In this document: positions 1 to 12,417 of the stretch, in pieces
Position numbering within the stretch: position 1 is the first letter of the stretch
Layout of the letters: each line of letters opens with the position of its first letter
DNA from: Mobula hypostoma
Taxonomy: Eukaryota
NCBI RefSeq assembly: GCF_963921235.1
Contig: NC_086108.1
Location: 110,052,001-110,116,000 of the forward strand
Direction of reading: 5' to 3'
DNA: 64,000 nt
Notes under the pieces: generated by a model
The model's input: the letters and a program-made list of their open reading frames with translations, nothing else
What the model was told of the DNA's origin: nothing
Database searches by the model: none
Made by a program: the position numbers and the translations under genes

Positions 1-1051
1 TGCCCTCACTCCATCCTCCCGCCACCCCACTAGGAATAGGGTTCCCCTTGTCCTCACCTATGACTCCAACAACCTCCGGGTCCAACATATTATTCTCCGT
101 AACTTCCGCCAACTCCAACTGGATCCCACCACTTAGCACATCTTTCCCTCCCCCCTCTCTCTGCTTTCTACAGGGATCACTCCCTACGTGACTCCCTTGT
201 CCATTCATCCCCCCCATCCCTCCCCACCAATCTCCCTCCTGGCACTTATCCCTGTAAGATGAACAAATGCTACACATGCCCTTACACTTCCTCCCTTATC
301 ACCATTCAGGGCCCCAGACAGTCCTTTCAGGTGAGGCGACACTTCACCTGTGAGTCAGCTGGGGTGATATACTGCATCCGGTGCTCCCGATGTGGTCCTC
401 TATATATTGGCGAGACCCAACGTAGACTGGGAGATCTTTTCGCTGAACACCTACGCTCTGTCCGCCAGAGAAAGCAGGATCTCCCAGTGGCCACACATTT
501 TAATTCCACATCCCATTCCCATTCTGATATGTCTATCCACGCCCTCCTCTACTGTAAAGATGAAGCCACACTCAGGTTGGAGGAACAACACCTTATATTC
601 CGTCTGGGTAGCCTCCAACCTGATGGCACGAACATTGACTTCTCAAACTTCCGCTAATGCCCCACCTCCCCCTCATACCCCATCCGTTATTTATTTATAT
701 ACACACATTCTTTCTCTCTCTCTCCTTTTTCTCCCTCTGTCTCTCTCACTATACCCCTTGCCCATCCTCTGGGTTTCCCCCCCTCCCCCTTTTCTTTCTC
801 CCTGGGCCTCCTGTCCCATGATCCTCTCATATCCCTTTTGCCAATCAACTGTCCAGCTCTTGGCTCTATCCCTCCCCCTCCTGTCTTCTCCTATCATTTT
901 GGATCTCCCCCTCCTCCTCCTACTTTCAAATCTCTTACTAGCTCTTCCTTCAGTTAGTCCTGACGAAGGGTCTCGGCCCAAAACGTCGACTGTACCTCTT
1001 CCTAGAGATGCTGCCTGGCCTGCTGCGTTCACCAGCAACTTTGATGTGTGT
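1..1051 (+). mobile_element. Penelope-like element (Neptune-like) 3' part: GIY-YIG endonuclease end plus pseudo-LTR tail
   Basis: ORF 259..657 has the Cys-rich linker (C-x4-CYTC...HFTC) followed by GVIYCIRC...LYIGET (GIY-YIG). A pyrimidine-rich tail with a hammerhead-like motif follows. Near-identical copies lie at 32818-33528 and 51664-52536. Confidence 0.9.
956..991 (+). ncRNA. Minimal type I hammerhead ribozyme motif in PLE tail (G12 to A, probably inactive)
   Basis: agtc-CTGACGA-a-gggt-ctcg-gccc-aAAAC-GTC-gact. Stem I is agtc/gact; the GAAA box reads AAAA in this copy. Confidence 0.7.
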
Positions 1052-1064
1052 GGTCAGCATTATA

Positions 1065-1690
1065 AAAAACATAGAATAGTACAGCACAGCACAGGCCTTT
1101 CGGCCCACAATGTTGTGTCGACGCTCAAACCCTGCCTCCCATATAAGCCCCCACCTTAAATTCCTCCATATACCTGTCCAGTAGTCTCCTAAACTTCACT
1201 AGTGTATCTGCCTCCACCAATGACTCAGGCAGTGCATTCCACGCACCAACCACTCTCTGAGTAAAAAACCTTCCTCTAATATCCCCCTTGAACTTCCCAC
1301 CCCTTACCTTAAAGCCATGTCCTCTTGTATTGAGCAGTGGTGCCCTGGGGAAGAGACGCTGGCTATCCACTCTATCTATTCCTCTTATTATCTTGTACAC
1401 CTCTATCATGTCTCCTCTCATCCTCCTTCTCTCCAAAGAGTAAAGCCCTAGCTCCCTTAATCTCTGATTATCTTCTTGCTTTTATATTCAATTTCCTTTG
1501 AAATAAATGCCAGCATTGCAATTGCCTTCTTTACCAAAGACTCAACCTGTAAATTAACCTTCTGGGAGTCTTGCACAAGAACTCCTAGGTCCCTCTGCAC
1601 CTCTGATGTTTGAACCTTCTCCCCATTTAGATAATAGTCCACACTATTGTCCCTTTTACCAAAATGAATTATCATACATTTCCCAACGCC
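1065..1690 (-). mobile_element. CR1-clade LINE 3' fragments (two joined pieces)
   Basis: ORFs 1125..1436 (RRMRGDMIEVYKI...NTRGH...FFTQRVVGAWNALP) and 1457..1675 (VQRDLGVLVQDSQKV) match the CR1 ORF2 C-terminus. Confidence 0.9.
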
Positions 1691-2335
1691 GGATTCTTGG
1701 CAGTTTTATTGTCAGAAGCTAGGGTAGAGTGACACTGAAGATTTACTGATAGCCTGCGTTAATACCATCAGGGGCCCCCACCACTCATGTCACGCTCTCT
1801 TCTCACTGCTGTCATCAGCAGGGAGGTACAGGAGCCTCAGGACTCACACCACCAGGTTCAGGTAAAGTTATTACCTCTCAACCATCAGGCTCCTGAACCA
1901 GAGGGGATAACCTCACTCAACTTCACTCACCCCAACACTGAACTGTTCCCACAACCAATGGACTCACTTTCAAGGACTCTTCATCTCATGTTCTCCATAT
2001 TTATTGATGTTTATTTATTTATTATTCTTTCTTTCTTCTGATTTTTCAATCTCTTATCTTTTGCAGACTCGTTGTCCGCTCTGTGATGTGATCTTCCATT
2101 AATTCCTTTATGGCTAGTAAGGAAATGAATCTCGGGGTTGCATATGGTGACACACATGTACTTTGATAACAAACTTACTTTGATATGCTGGAGGAACTCA
2201 GCAGGTCAGGGGCAGTTCAGCTGCTTTGTCCATTTTTGAGACAAAGGTTAAAGATTGGCTTTATTTGTCACATGTAGATCGAAGCGTACAGTGAAACGTG
2301 TTGTTTACGTCAACAACCAGCAGAGTCTGAGGATG

Positions 2336-3029
2336 CAACACTCACAACACGCTGGAGGAACTCAGCAGGTCGGGCAGCATCCGTGGAAAAGATCAGTCAA
2401 CGTTTCGGGCCGGAATCCTTCATCAGGACTGAAGAGGGAAGGGGCAGAGGCCCTATAAAGAAGGTGGGGGGAGGGTGGGAAGGAGAAGGCTGGTAGGTTC
2501 CAGGTGAAAAACCAGTAAGGGGAAAGATAAAGGGGTGGGGGAGGGGAGCAGGGAGGTGATAGGCAGGAAAGGTGAAGAAGGAATAGGGAAAAACACAACG
2601 GGTAGTAGAAGGAGGCGGAACCATGAGGGAGGGGGCCGAGTGAAATAGGGATAGGGGAAGGGAGGGGGAGGGAATTACCGGAAGTTGGAGAATTCTATGT
2701 TCATACCAAGGGGCTGGAGACTACCTAGACGGTATATGAGGTGTTGCTCCTTCCACCTGAGTTTAGCCTCATCATGGCAGTAGAGGAGGTCATGTATGGA
2801 CATATCTGAACGGGAGTGGGAAGCAGAGTTGAACTGGGTGGCTACTGGGAGATCCTGTCTGTTGTGGCAGACGGAACGGAGGTGCTTGACGAAGCGGTCC
2901 CCCAATCTGCATCGGGTTTCACCGGTGTACGGCAGGCCGCACCGGGAGCACTGGATGCAATAGATGACTCCAACAGACTCACAAGTGAAGTGTTGCCTCA
3001 CTTGGAAGGACTGTTTGGGGCCCTGAATG
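2336..3029 (-). mobile_element. 5'-truncated Penelope-like element (second subfamily) with 13-bp TSD
   Basis: ORF 2675..3055 is a GIY-YIG remnant. gagtctgaggatg is duplicated at 2323-2335 and 3030-3042. Confidence 0.9.
2395..2430 (-). ncRNA. Minimal type I hammerhead ribozyme motif
   Basis: Minus strand reads agtc-CTGATGA-aggattccggccc-GAAAC-GTT-gact. Both core boxes are intact, the triplet is GUU, and stem II is imperfect. Confidence 0.7.
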
Positions 3030-3709
3030 GAGTCTGAGGATGTGCTGGGGCACATGCAAGTATCTCCATACTTCTGGTGCCAACATAGGATGACCCTAGC
3101 TCATTTGTCTTTGGAATGGCAGAAGAAACCAGAGGACACCCACAGGGAGAGCGTACGAACTCTTTACAGACTGTGGTGGGAATTGAACCCAGATTGCGAT
3201 CACTGGCACAGTAAGGCGTTACACTAACCACCATGCCAGCGTGTCACCACTTGAAGTCTGGAGCTGAGTGATCCTGACAAAACTCAAACTGAGAAGCTGT
3301 AAGCTGTAAGCTAGTCAGTGCTGGTCGATTGCCCCATCAAGGACACCTTGTCTCATTCTGCCGAGGACTGAGATGAAGCTGATGGAGTGGTAATTAGCTG
3401 TAATATTCAGACCTAATGAACTGTAACAGTCTCTTGTAAAAAAGAACGACCTTTTAGGAAACATTCCAGTGTTTGCTTAATTTTATCCACTAGCAGATAT
3501 TGAGTTCATACATGTGAATAAATGAGGTCAATTTGTTAGCAAAAAGCGGAAGAATGAAATCAAAAAATTGCTTGGAATCTATTACCATTCAAGGTCATGT
3601 TCCAATGAGGCTTATCACTTTATTTGCCAGCAGTAGAACATGCTGCACTTCAATCAGTGATGATAAAACAGCAGAACAACTAAGAAAAACATTTTCAGTT
3701 TTCTGAGAG

Positions 3710-4420
3710 CCATGGGTTCTATAAAACCCTGGTTAGACCACACTTGGACTACTGTGTTCAGTTCTGATTGCTTCATTATAGGAACAACGTGAAAGCTTTC
3801 GAGCGGGTGCAGAGGAGATTTACCAGGATGCTGCCTGGATTAGAGAGCGTGTCCTATGAGGATAGGTTGAGCGAGCGAGGTCTTTTCTCTCGGGAGCGAA
3901 GGAGGATGAGAGGCAACTTGATAGAGGCAGATAAGATGATAAGAGGCGCACTGTAGATAGAGTGGACAGCCATAGACTTTTTCCCAGAGTGGCAATATGA
4001 GGACAGAATTTTAAAATGACTGGAGGAAGGTATAGGGGGGATGTCAGAGGTAGGTTTTTTACACAGAGTGGCAATATGAGGACAGAATTTTAAAGTGACT
4101 GGAAGAAGGTATAGGGGGGATGTCAGAGGTAGGTTTTTTACACAGAGTGGCAATATGAGGGCATAATTTTAAAGTGACTGGAGGAAGGTATGGGGGGATG
4201 TCAGAGGTAGGTTTTTTACACAGAGTGGTGGATGGGGTGCCTAGAACAGGGTGGTGGTTGAGGAAGCTACATTGGGAAGAATTAAGAGACTCTTAGATAG
4301 GCACATGGATGGAAGGAAAATGGAGGGCTATGTAGGAAGGAAGGGTTAGGTTAAAAGATCGGTATAACATCATGGGCCAAATGGCCTGTACTGTGCGGCG
4401 GTGTTCAATGTTTTATATTC
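3710..4420 (+). mobile_element. CR1 LINE 3' end containing an internal 79-bp triplication
   Basis: ORF 3768..3956 (ERVQRRFTRMLPGL...RRRMRGNLIE) matches CR1 ORF2, followed by a CR1-type 3' UTR. Confidence 0.88.
3985..4228 (+). repeat. Tandem repeat, 79-bp unit x3, bounded by cagagtgg microhomology
   Basis: cagagtgg recurs at 3985, 4064, 4143 and 4221, and the units are near-identical. Confidence 0.95.
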
Positions 4421-5564
4421 TAAGAGTTCTGTGAATAGGCTTGATCTTTTCCCATCTCCTCGACAATTATCAATACGTGGCTCTTCAATTTTACTAAATA
4501 CTATTGGATTAGCTTGACAAATTACCTGCTGTATTTTTATAACTACATATAAACATGTGCCCTCAGGTCACAGTATCTATATGCAGTTGTTCAGTGTGTC
4601 CCCTAGTGAATATGGGAGGAAACTGGAGCACCCGGAGGAAATCCACACACACATGTGGGAGGGACATACAAACGTTCATACAGAGGATACTGAAGTTAAA
4701 CTCCGAACTCCAACTCCCTGGGCTGTAATAGTGTTGCGTTAACCACTACACTACCATGGTAGTTCTTCAGTTCCAGAATGGTACCAATGGCAGAAAATAA
4801 TACCAAATAAACCCTCCCAGTCTGAAGGTTTAAGAGCAAGTGATCTGCAATTGCACCTGTGAAACTGTTCAGGTCACTGTTCACTGGGAAGGGAAGAGCT
4901 GACAGGATAGGAGTTACATCTCTTGTGGTTGCATGGAAGCTGTTGTAAGAAGGAGAGTGTGTGGTGGAGACCAGAGCAGACCAGAGAGCTGTGAGGAGAG
5001 CATTCCGCTTGAAACGCTGGAAAGTGGGGGGGGTGGGATGTGTCTACTGGAGGAATCACATTGAAGGTGCTGATCCGCCTGCTGAGCTCCCTCAGCATCT
5101 CTTGCCTTTATTTCAGATTTTCAGCATCTGCAGTTTTTTTTTTCATTGTCCATAAAACCATAGACATAAGAGCAGAATAAAGCCAGTTAGCCCATCGAGT
5201 CTGCTCCACCATTCAATCTGGCTGATTTATTTTCCCTCCCAAACCCATTCTCCTCGTAACCTTTGACATCCTGTCTAATTGAGTGCCTATCAAACTCCAC
5301 TTTCAGTATCTTGAGTTGGCCTCCACAGCAGTCTGTGTCAATGAATTCCACTGATTCACCACTCTCTAGCTTAAGAAATTCCTCCTCATCTCTTTTCTAA
5401 AGGGACGTCCTTCTCTTCAGAGGCTAGGCAAACATATCTGCATCAAGATAGATGAATAGGACTTGGTACAGGAAGGACAAGTTGTTCTGTTCATCTTGCA
5501 TTCTTCTTTACACTTACTTGGCTGCCTGAACTGCACTTTCTCTGTAACCAACACTTTACTCTGC

Positions 5565-6075
5565 ATTCAGTTCAGTTTTCGTTTATTGTCATTTAGAAAT
5601 GCATGTATTAAAAAATGATACAATGTTCCTCCAGAATGATATCACAAGAAAACTCAGGGCAAACCAAGAGTAGAACTGACAAAACCACATAATTATAACA
5701 TATAGTTACAACAGTGCAAAGCAATACCATAATTTGATAAAGAGCAGACCATGGGCATGGTAAAAAGAAGTCTCAAAGTCCCGACATTCTCATCATCCTA
5801 CGCAGGCGGCAGAAGGGAGAAACTCTCCCCGCCATGAAACTCCAAGCGCCGCAAACTCGCCGATGCAGCAACATCGGAAACACCCGACCGCAGCGGACTC
5901 TGAGTCCTTCCGGAAACTTCGAGCCTCCGACCAGCCCCTCCAACACAGCCTCTCCGAGCACCATCTCTGCTGAGCGCTTTGACCCCGCCCCGGCCGCCGA
6001 GCAACAAGCAAAGCCGAGGACTCGGGGCCTTCCCCTCCGGAGATTCTGCACCACACAGTAGCAGCAGCAGCGACT
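5565..6075 (-). mobile_element. Non-autonomous CpG-rich interspersed repeat (same family as 12861-13478 and 31045-31720), 5'-truncated
   Basis: Direct similarity between the three copies (gactcagagtc...tgcggtcgg...gagagttt...tgacaataaa tail). Confidence 0.8.
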
Positions 6076-6354
6076 GTTACTTCTTTCCCTTCTTTTCTCA
6101 CTTATTGGATGTTTACTGGTCTTCACAGTGTGGGGTCTTCTGCAGATTCAATTGCATTTCTTTGATTTGTGGCTGCCTGCATGAATCTCAAAGTTAAAAA
6201 TGGTATGTGTACTTCGATTAAAAAAAAAAATCCCTTTAAATTTTGTACTAAAAGCGGAAATTCCTGGGTGGCCAACGATCTCAATTCTGTTCCCATTCCC
6301 ATGTCCTGCATTTTTGCCATGGTGATGCCACTCTCAGAGTGCAGGAGAAGGAGT

Positions 6355-6640
6355 TCAGCAGCATGGTAGCATAGCCGTTGGCACGCTTTACAGGACCAGT
6401 GACCCAGGTTCAATTCCCACCACTGCTGTAAGTTCTCCCCGTGTACATTCTCCCCGTAACTATGTGGGTTTCCTCCATGTGCTTCAGTTTCCTCCCACAG
6501 TCAAAAGACATACTGATTGGTAGGTTAATCGGTCATTGTAAATTTTCCCATGATTAGGCTAGGATTTAACTGGGGGATCGCCGGGTGGCGAGGCTCAAAA
6601 GAACAGAAGGGCCAACTCCACCCTGTACCTCAATGACATA
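6355..6640 (+). mobile_element. tRNA-derived V-SINE (HE1-like)
   Basis: A-box-like tggtagcatagc, B-box ggttcaattccc, and V-domain-like ttctccccgt...tgggtttcctcc...ttcctcccaca. Related copies at ~3100-3240(-), ~4590-4760(-), 9810-10030(+), ~24640-24750(-) and ~26785-26955(+). Confidence 0.75.
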
Positions 6641-6644
6641 AAAC

Positions 6645-7895
6645 ATTGCATGTAGGTAGCCTCCAAACCTGATGGCGTAAACATTGATTACTTCAACTTG
6701 GTAGTTCTTTCCCTTTTTTCCCCACTCTCCCTTCCCTCTTCTTCTAATCCCTACTCTGATCTCTTACCTCTTCTCCTCAGCTGCCTATCACCTCCCCGGT
6801 GCTCCTCCTCCTTCTCTTTCTCCTATGGTCCACCCTCCTCCTCTCAGATTCCCTCTTCTCCAGCCCTTTACCTTTCCCACCCACTTGGCTTCGTCTATCA
6901 TCTACACAAAATAATCTGCAGATGCTGGGGTCAAAGCAACACTCACAACATGCTGGAGGAACTCAGCAGGTTGGGCAGCATCCGTGGAAAAGATCGGTCG
7001 ATGTTTCGGGCCAGAACCCTTCATCAGGACTGTAGAGGGAAGGGGCAGAGGCCCTATAAAGAAGGTGGGGGGAGGGTGGGAAGGAGAAGGCTGGTAGGTT
7101 CCAGGTGAAAAACCAGTAAGGGGAAAGATAAAGGGGTGGGGGAGGGGAGGCAGGGAGGTGATAGGCAGGAAAGGTGAAGAAAGAATAGGGGTTCTGAATA
7201 TCCATTCAGATATGTCCATACATGGCCTCCTCTACTGCCATGATGAGGCTAAACTCAGGTTGGAGGAGCAACACCTCATATGCCATCTAGGTAGTCTCCA
7301 GTCCCTTGGTATGAACATAGAATTCTCCAACTTCCGGTAATTCCCTCCCTGCCTCTCCTTCTATCCCTATGTCACTCTGCCCCCCTCCCCCAGCTGCCTA
7401 TCACCTCCCTCATGGTTCCGCCTCCTTCTACTATCCATTGTGTTTTCCCCTATTCTTTCTTCACCTTTCCCGCCTATCACTTCCCTGCTCTTCTCCCCCA
7501 CCCCTTTATCTTTCCCCTTACTGGTTTTTCACCTGGAACCTACCAGCCTTCTCCTTCCCACCCTCCCCCCACCTTCTTTATAGGGCCTCTGCCCCTTCTC
7601 TCTACAGTTCTGACGAAGGGTTCCGGCCTGAAATGTCGACCGATCTTTTCCACGGATGCTGCCCGACCTGCTGAGTTCCTCCAGCGTGTCGTGAGTGTTG
7701 CTTCATCTATCATCTTCTAGCTTGTGCTCCTTGCCCTCTCCCTACCATTCAATCCTTTTCCCTTCCTCTCCAATCCTGATGAAGGGCCTGAAGCGTTGAC
7801 AGATTATTCCTCTCCATAGATGCTGACTGGCCTGCTGAGTTCCTCCAGCATGTTGTGTGTGTTGTTTTGGATTTCCAGCATCTGCAGAATCTTGT
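6645..7895 (+). mobile_element. Old PLE 3' tail interrupted by a younger PLE insertion (6904-7699) with inverted termini
   Basis: 6904-7190 is the reverse complement of ~7445-7699. gcttcRtctatcatct is duplicated at 6888-6903 and 7700-7715. The GIY-YIG C-terminus is in ORF 7158..7340. Hammerhead motifs at ~6996-7031(-) and ~7606-7641(+). Confidence 0.85.
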
Positions 7896-9809
7896 GTGTT
7901 TGTACAACCTCAATTAGCTGATGTGATGAGATGTTCTGTATGGATGGCATGTAAGATTTTTACACTTTGCCTTGGTACAATAATAAAGCAATTTATTTTC
8001 AAGATCTGTCTAATTAGTTCCCCTCCATCACTCTTTCATCATAGATGTTCTTTTTGAGCACGTCCAAAACCTTTGTAGAAAATTAATAAACACATTATTT
8101 CATATTTACCAATCCTGAAACCTCTTCCACTGATCTTTTCAAGAGACATGCACGTTGATTACATTGATAAAGGTTGGATTCTTTTACTTTGGAAGCAATT
8201 TGTGAAGACAGTGATTAATGCACTTATTGGATAAATGTCTTTAACATAATGTGTTTTGGAAACTGGACTTCGATTTTTGCTTCTGATTAATATTTCTGTC
8301 AAGGTTCTGTACATCAAGTTCAAAATTATTGTCAGCTGACAGTATGTATAAACATCCAAAATGAAACAATATTCCTCTGGACCACAGTGCACCCACAAAA
8401 CATATAAAACACATAAACCAAAACATTACCTTAATAAGTTAATAAAATATAATTCAAAATATAGATTAGATATAACAGATTTTTGGGCAGAAAGTAGAAT
8501 TTTTTTCCAGCTAATTGCCAGTCAGTGGAATGTGCAAATGGAATTGGTGTTTAATATACAGATCTTGCTATCATTCATGAATAGATTCAATTGGAGGCTG
8601 TAGGTAGAAGCATTGAAGGGTATGGAAACTTTGGGCGTAATGTGGCAATGAGTTTACTGCTTATAGAATCCTGATTCATTTATTTATCACATGTACGTTG
8701 GAACATACAGTGAAGTGTTGGTTGCATTAACAAGCACTGTCTAAGAATGTGCTGCAGACAGCCCACAAGTGTGGCCACGCATTCTGTGCTAAGGTAGCGT
8801 GCCCATAAAGTTCAGCAAAACAACACCAGCAACAAAGCTCAAAGCAAATGTTAATCAAAGTACGCACACATGTGTCACCATATACTATCCTGAGATTCAG
8901 GCATTCACAGTAGAACAAAGAAATACAATGGAATCAATGAAAAACTACAGAATGTGCTAAAGAAGATGAGCAGTGCAAATACAAAAAAGGTAATAAATAA
9001 GTAGTAAATAAATAATTCTGAGGACAAGAATTGTAGAGTTCTTCAAGTGAGTCTGTAGATTATGGAATCAGTTCAGTGTTGAGGTGAGTGAAGTTATCCA
9101 CACTGGTTCAGGAGCCTGATGGTTGAAGAGTAATAATTGTCCCAAACCTAGTGATGTGGGACCTGAGGGTCCTGTACCTCCTTCCTGAGGGAATGACCTG
9201 TAGAACAAAACAACAACAGCAAAACAAACCCCTTTCCCACCATCCGATCCACCCAACACCCCCCTCTCTCTCTCAGTGTACATTGGATGAATTCTTTTTC
9301 TATACCTTTTTAACAATTTCTATGAAACTTCAGGTATTTGGGGCAGCTACTTAATGGGATCTGAATGTCCTGGTCCCAATGTGACCCAATTAACTGGAAT
9401 CCAATGTATAAAGTTATATAGGTTGATTGTATGTCCATAAAGTGATGCTAGGCACAGGAGTGTCTATACATAAGGTGACTCTGACATAAATGATAAAGCA
9501 GTGGTAGTTGGCGATGTGGGGGTTATGGAGGGGTGGATTAGTGGATGGAGGTGCAGCTTGCTTAGAGACCCTGTCAAAGGGCTCAATGTCAATCAGCAAT
9601 CACACTCGGTTACAGGATGAGTGGAAATGAATTGTCAAGATTTGCACCTTCCTGTTGTGTGGACTCTGCTGTTAATAAGGTTATAAATGACAACACGATC
9701 TCCCCTGATTATCCCAACACAACACCAAAGGTGGAATAAATGAGGTAGTTGGGTTAGAATCCTAGAATTCTCCACTTGAGTACCATTGTAACTTCAACAT
9801 TAAGCTTAC

Positions 9810-10030
9810 AGCTGTTACAGCACCAATGACTCAGGTTCAATTCCCACTGCTGTCTGTAAGGAGTTTGTACCTTCTTACTGTGATCGTGTAGGTTTCCTCC
9901 GGGTGCTCCGGTTTCCTCCCACATTCCAAAAGTGTACGGGTTAGTAGGTTATTTGGTCACATGGGTGTAATTGGGCAGCATGGGCTCATTGTGCTGCAAA
10001 GGCCTTTTACTGTGATGTATCTCTAAATAA
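9810..10030 (+). mobile_element. V-SINE copy
   Basis: B-box ggttcaattccc followed by the V-domain ggtttcctccgggtgctccggtttcctcccaca. Confidence 0.8.
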
Positions 10031-10309
10031 ACTGGAGAAAGATCAGTCACAGGAGTGGAGTTATCCCCCTAACACCATCAGGCTCCTGAACCAGCACGGA
10101 TATCTTCACTCACCACAACACTGAACCGATCACTGAACACAGCCTATGGCCTATGGACTCACCCTCAAGGACTACAACTCATGTTCTCAGTATTATTTAT
10201 TATTACTGTTTTCATTTGCATAGCTTGTCTTCTTTTGTACATTGGTTAGTTATCATTCTGTCTGTAGGAATGCCTGCAAGAAAATGAATCTCCGTGTTGT
10301 ATATGGTGA

Positions 10310-10699
10310 TTGTCACCTTGTCGTGGTGGAGAAGCTTGTGTGGTCTTGAGATCCCGAGAGCAATGCCGTCTGGAGCTATGTTCCTGGTAGGGTCACCCAT
10401 GGTGGTAAGGTCGAGGGTGAGGTCCCTGACAAAGAACAATCCAGCCAAGACCTCAATGGTGAAACAGGCAGACGAAGTTACTTCGAACTCAACGGCTGTG
10501 AAGGCGGATGAAGGCTGCAACAAATCCATCAGCTCCAATCATCGTGGTCTCCATGCCATTGAAATCAGTTGGTTGATTTGTGAAGTATCGTGTGTTTCTT
10601 GGAGTGCAACATCAAGTACACATTAAACAAATACACGCACAGGCGTCTTCACTCTGTGGGCCACTTCTTCAGAACGAAGACCATCATCCTTGACGACGA
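10310..10699 (+). mobile_element. Short internally deleted RTE-clade (Rex3/Expander-like) element: 5' UTR joined to 3' tail
   Basis: Starts caccttgtcgtggtgg...gagctatg...cctggtagggtcacccatgg, as recalled for Rex3/Expander 5' ends, and ends in a short (gac)n tail. It interrupts another repeat's tail. Confidence 0.6.
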
Positions 10700-11119
10700 A
10701 TAAATTTAATTTGAACTTTGAACCTTGAATATTTCCTTCTCCACTGCTGGTCCAGCACTCGCTCACCCAACACTGACTTTTCCCACAAGCTATGGAAATA
10801 CTTCCAAGGACTCTTCATCTCATGTCTGGATATTCATTGCTTATTTTTTTTATTTTTTACTTATTTTTCATTTTGTATTTGCAAAGTGCATTGTCTTTTG
10901 CACCTTGATTGTTTGTCTATCTTGCTGGATGTGGTCTTTCATTGATTCTATTGTGTCACTTTGTACTTACTGTGAAAGCCCATAAGAAAATGGGTCTTGG
11001 GGTTTTATATGCACTTTGATAATAAATTTACTTTGAACTTTGGGAAGTGACTGAGACTGTGACCACACCTTTGAGCTCGAGTCACTATTTGTGCCAGATT
11101 TGTGCTAAACTCCATATCT

Positions 11120-12240
11120 TAGAACATAGAAGAGTACACCACAATGTGGTGCTGACCCTTTCACCTTCTCTAAGATCAAACTACCCTCCCACCATGGCCC
11201 TCCATTTTCTTTCATCCATCTATGAGTATCTTAAATGTCCCTAATGTACCTGCCTCTACCCCACTGTGTAAAAAAAATACCTCTGATATCCCCTGCCCGG
11301 TCCTTTCTTTCAATCACCTTAAAGTTATGTCCTCAATTTCCACCCTGGGAAAAAGTCTGTGGCTAAAAAGCTCTAGGAAATTACAAATGTTGCTAGGAAA
11401 GAGGTTAAGAACGGAATTAGGAGAGCCAGAAGGGGCCATGAGAAGTCCTTGGCGGACAGGATTAAGGAAAACCCCAAGACATTCTACAAGTATGTGTAGA
11501 TCAAGAGGATGTCCCGTGTGAGAATAGGACCAAACAGGTGCAATAGTGGAAACGTGTGCATGGAGTCAGAGGAGGTGGCAGAGGTACTTAATGAATACTT
11601 TGCTTCAGTATATACCAGGGAAGAAGACGTTGGCAATTGTGGGGATGACTTTAGAAAGTAAGGAGGCATGGGATCCAAGGAGACCTTGCTTTGTGGATCC
11701 AGAATTGGCTTGCCCACAGAAGGCAAAGGGTGGTTGTAGACGGGTCATATTCTGCATGGAGGTCGGTGACCAGTGGTGTGCCTCAGGGATCTGTTCTGGG
11801 ACCCCTCCTCTTTGTGATTTTTATAACTGACCTGGATGAAGAAGTAGAAGTGTGCGTTGGTAAGTTTGCTGATGACACGAAGGTTGGGGGTGTTGTGGAT
11901 AGTCTGGAGGGTTGTCAGAGGTTACAATGGAACATCGATAGGATGCAGAACTGGGCTGGAAAGTGGCAGATGGACGTCAACCCAGATAAGTGTGAAGTGG
12001 TTTATTTTGGTGGGTCGGATTTGAAGATAGAATATAATATAGATGGTAAGACTCTTGGGAGTGTGGAGGACCTGAGAGATCTTGGGGTCCATGTCGATAG
12101 GACACTCAAAGCTGCTGTGCAGGTTGACAGTGTTGTTAAGAAAGCGTATGGTGTGTTGGCATTCATCAACCATGAGATTAGGTTTAAGAGTTTTGGTCAG
12201 ACCCCACTTGGAGTACTCTGTTCAGTTCTGGTCACCTCAC
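11120..12240 (+). mobile_element. Composite CR1 fragments (minus-strand 3' end at ~11120-11365, then plus-strand ORF2 pieces with deletions)
   Basis: ORF 11691..12392 has WIQNWL...VTSGVPQGSVLGPLLF...KFADDTK (CR1 RT). Confidence 0.9.
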
Positions 12241-12417
12241 GACAGCACGGCACAGGACCAGGCACTTTGGCATACAATGTTGTTAGTGGACAATTGCCCA
12301 CTAAACCAATCTGTTCTGCATACACAATGTCCGTATCCAAAAGCTCAGAGCAAAAACGTTTGTATTCTTCCAGTGCAGGCAGTCTGTTCTAAACAGTGTC
12401 ATTTTTGTCCATTTTGG

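Noticed and set aside
392..1159. 255-aa ORF and similar Leu/Pro/Ser-rich ORFs (e.g. 31943..32329, 32854..33150)
   Set aside because: Alternative frames across PLE tails or CT-rich low-complexity DNA that lack stops by composition.
3655..3706. C/D box snoRNA (gtgatga...ctga)
   Set aside because: Only ~50 nt long with no convincing terminal stem or guide; likely chance.
3985..4228. CRISPR-like array
   Set aside because: The units are near-identical throughout with no unique spacers, in a eukaryotic LINE context.
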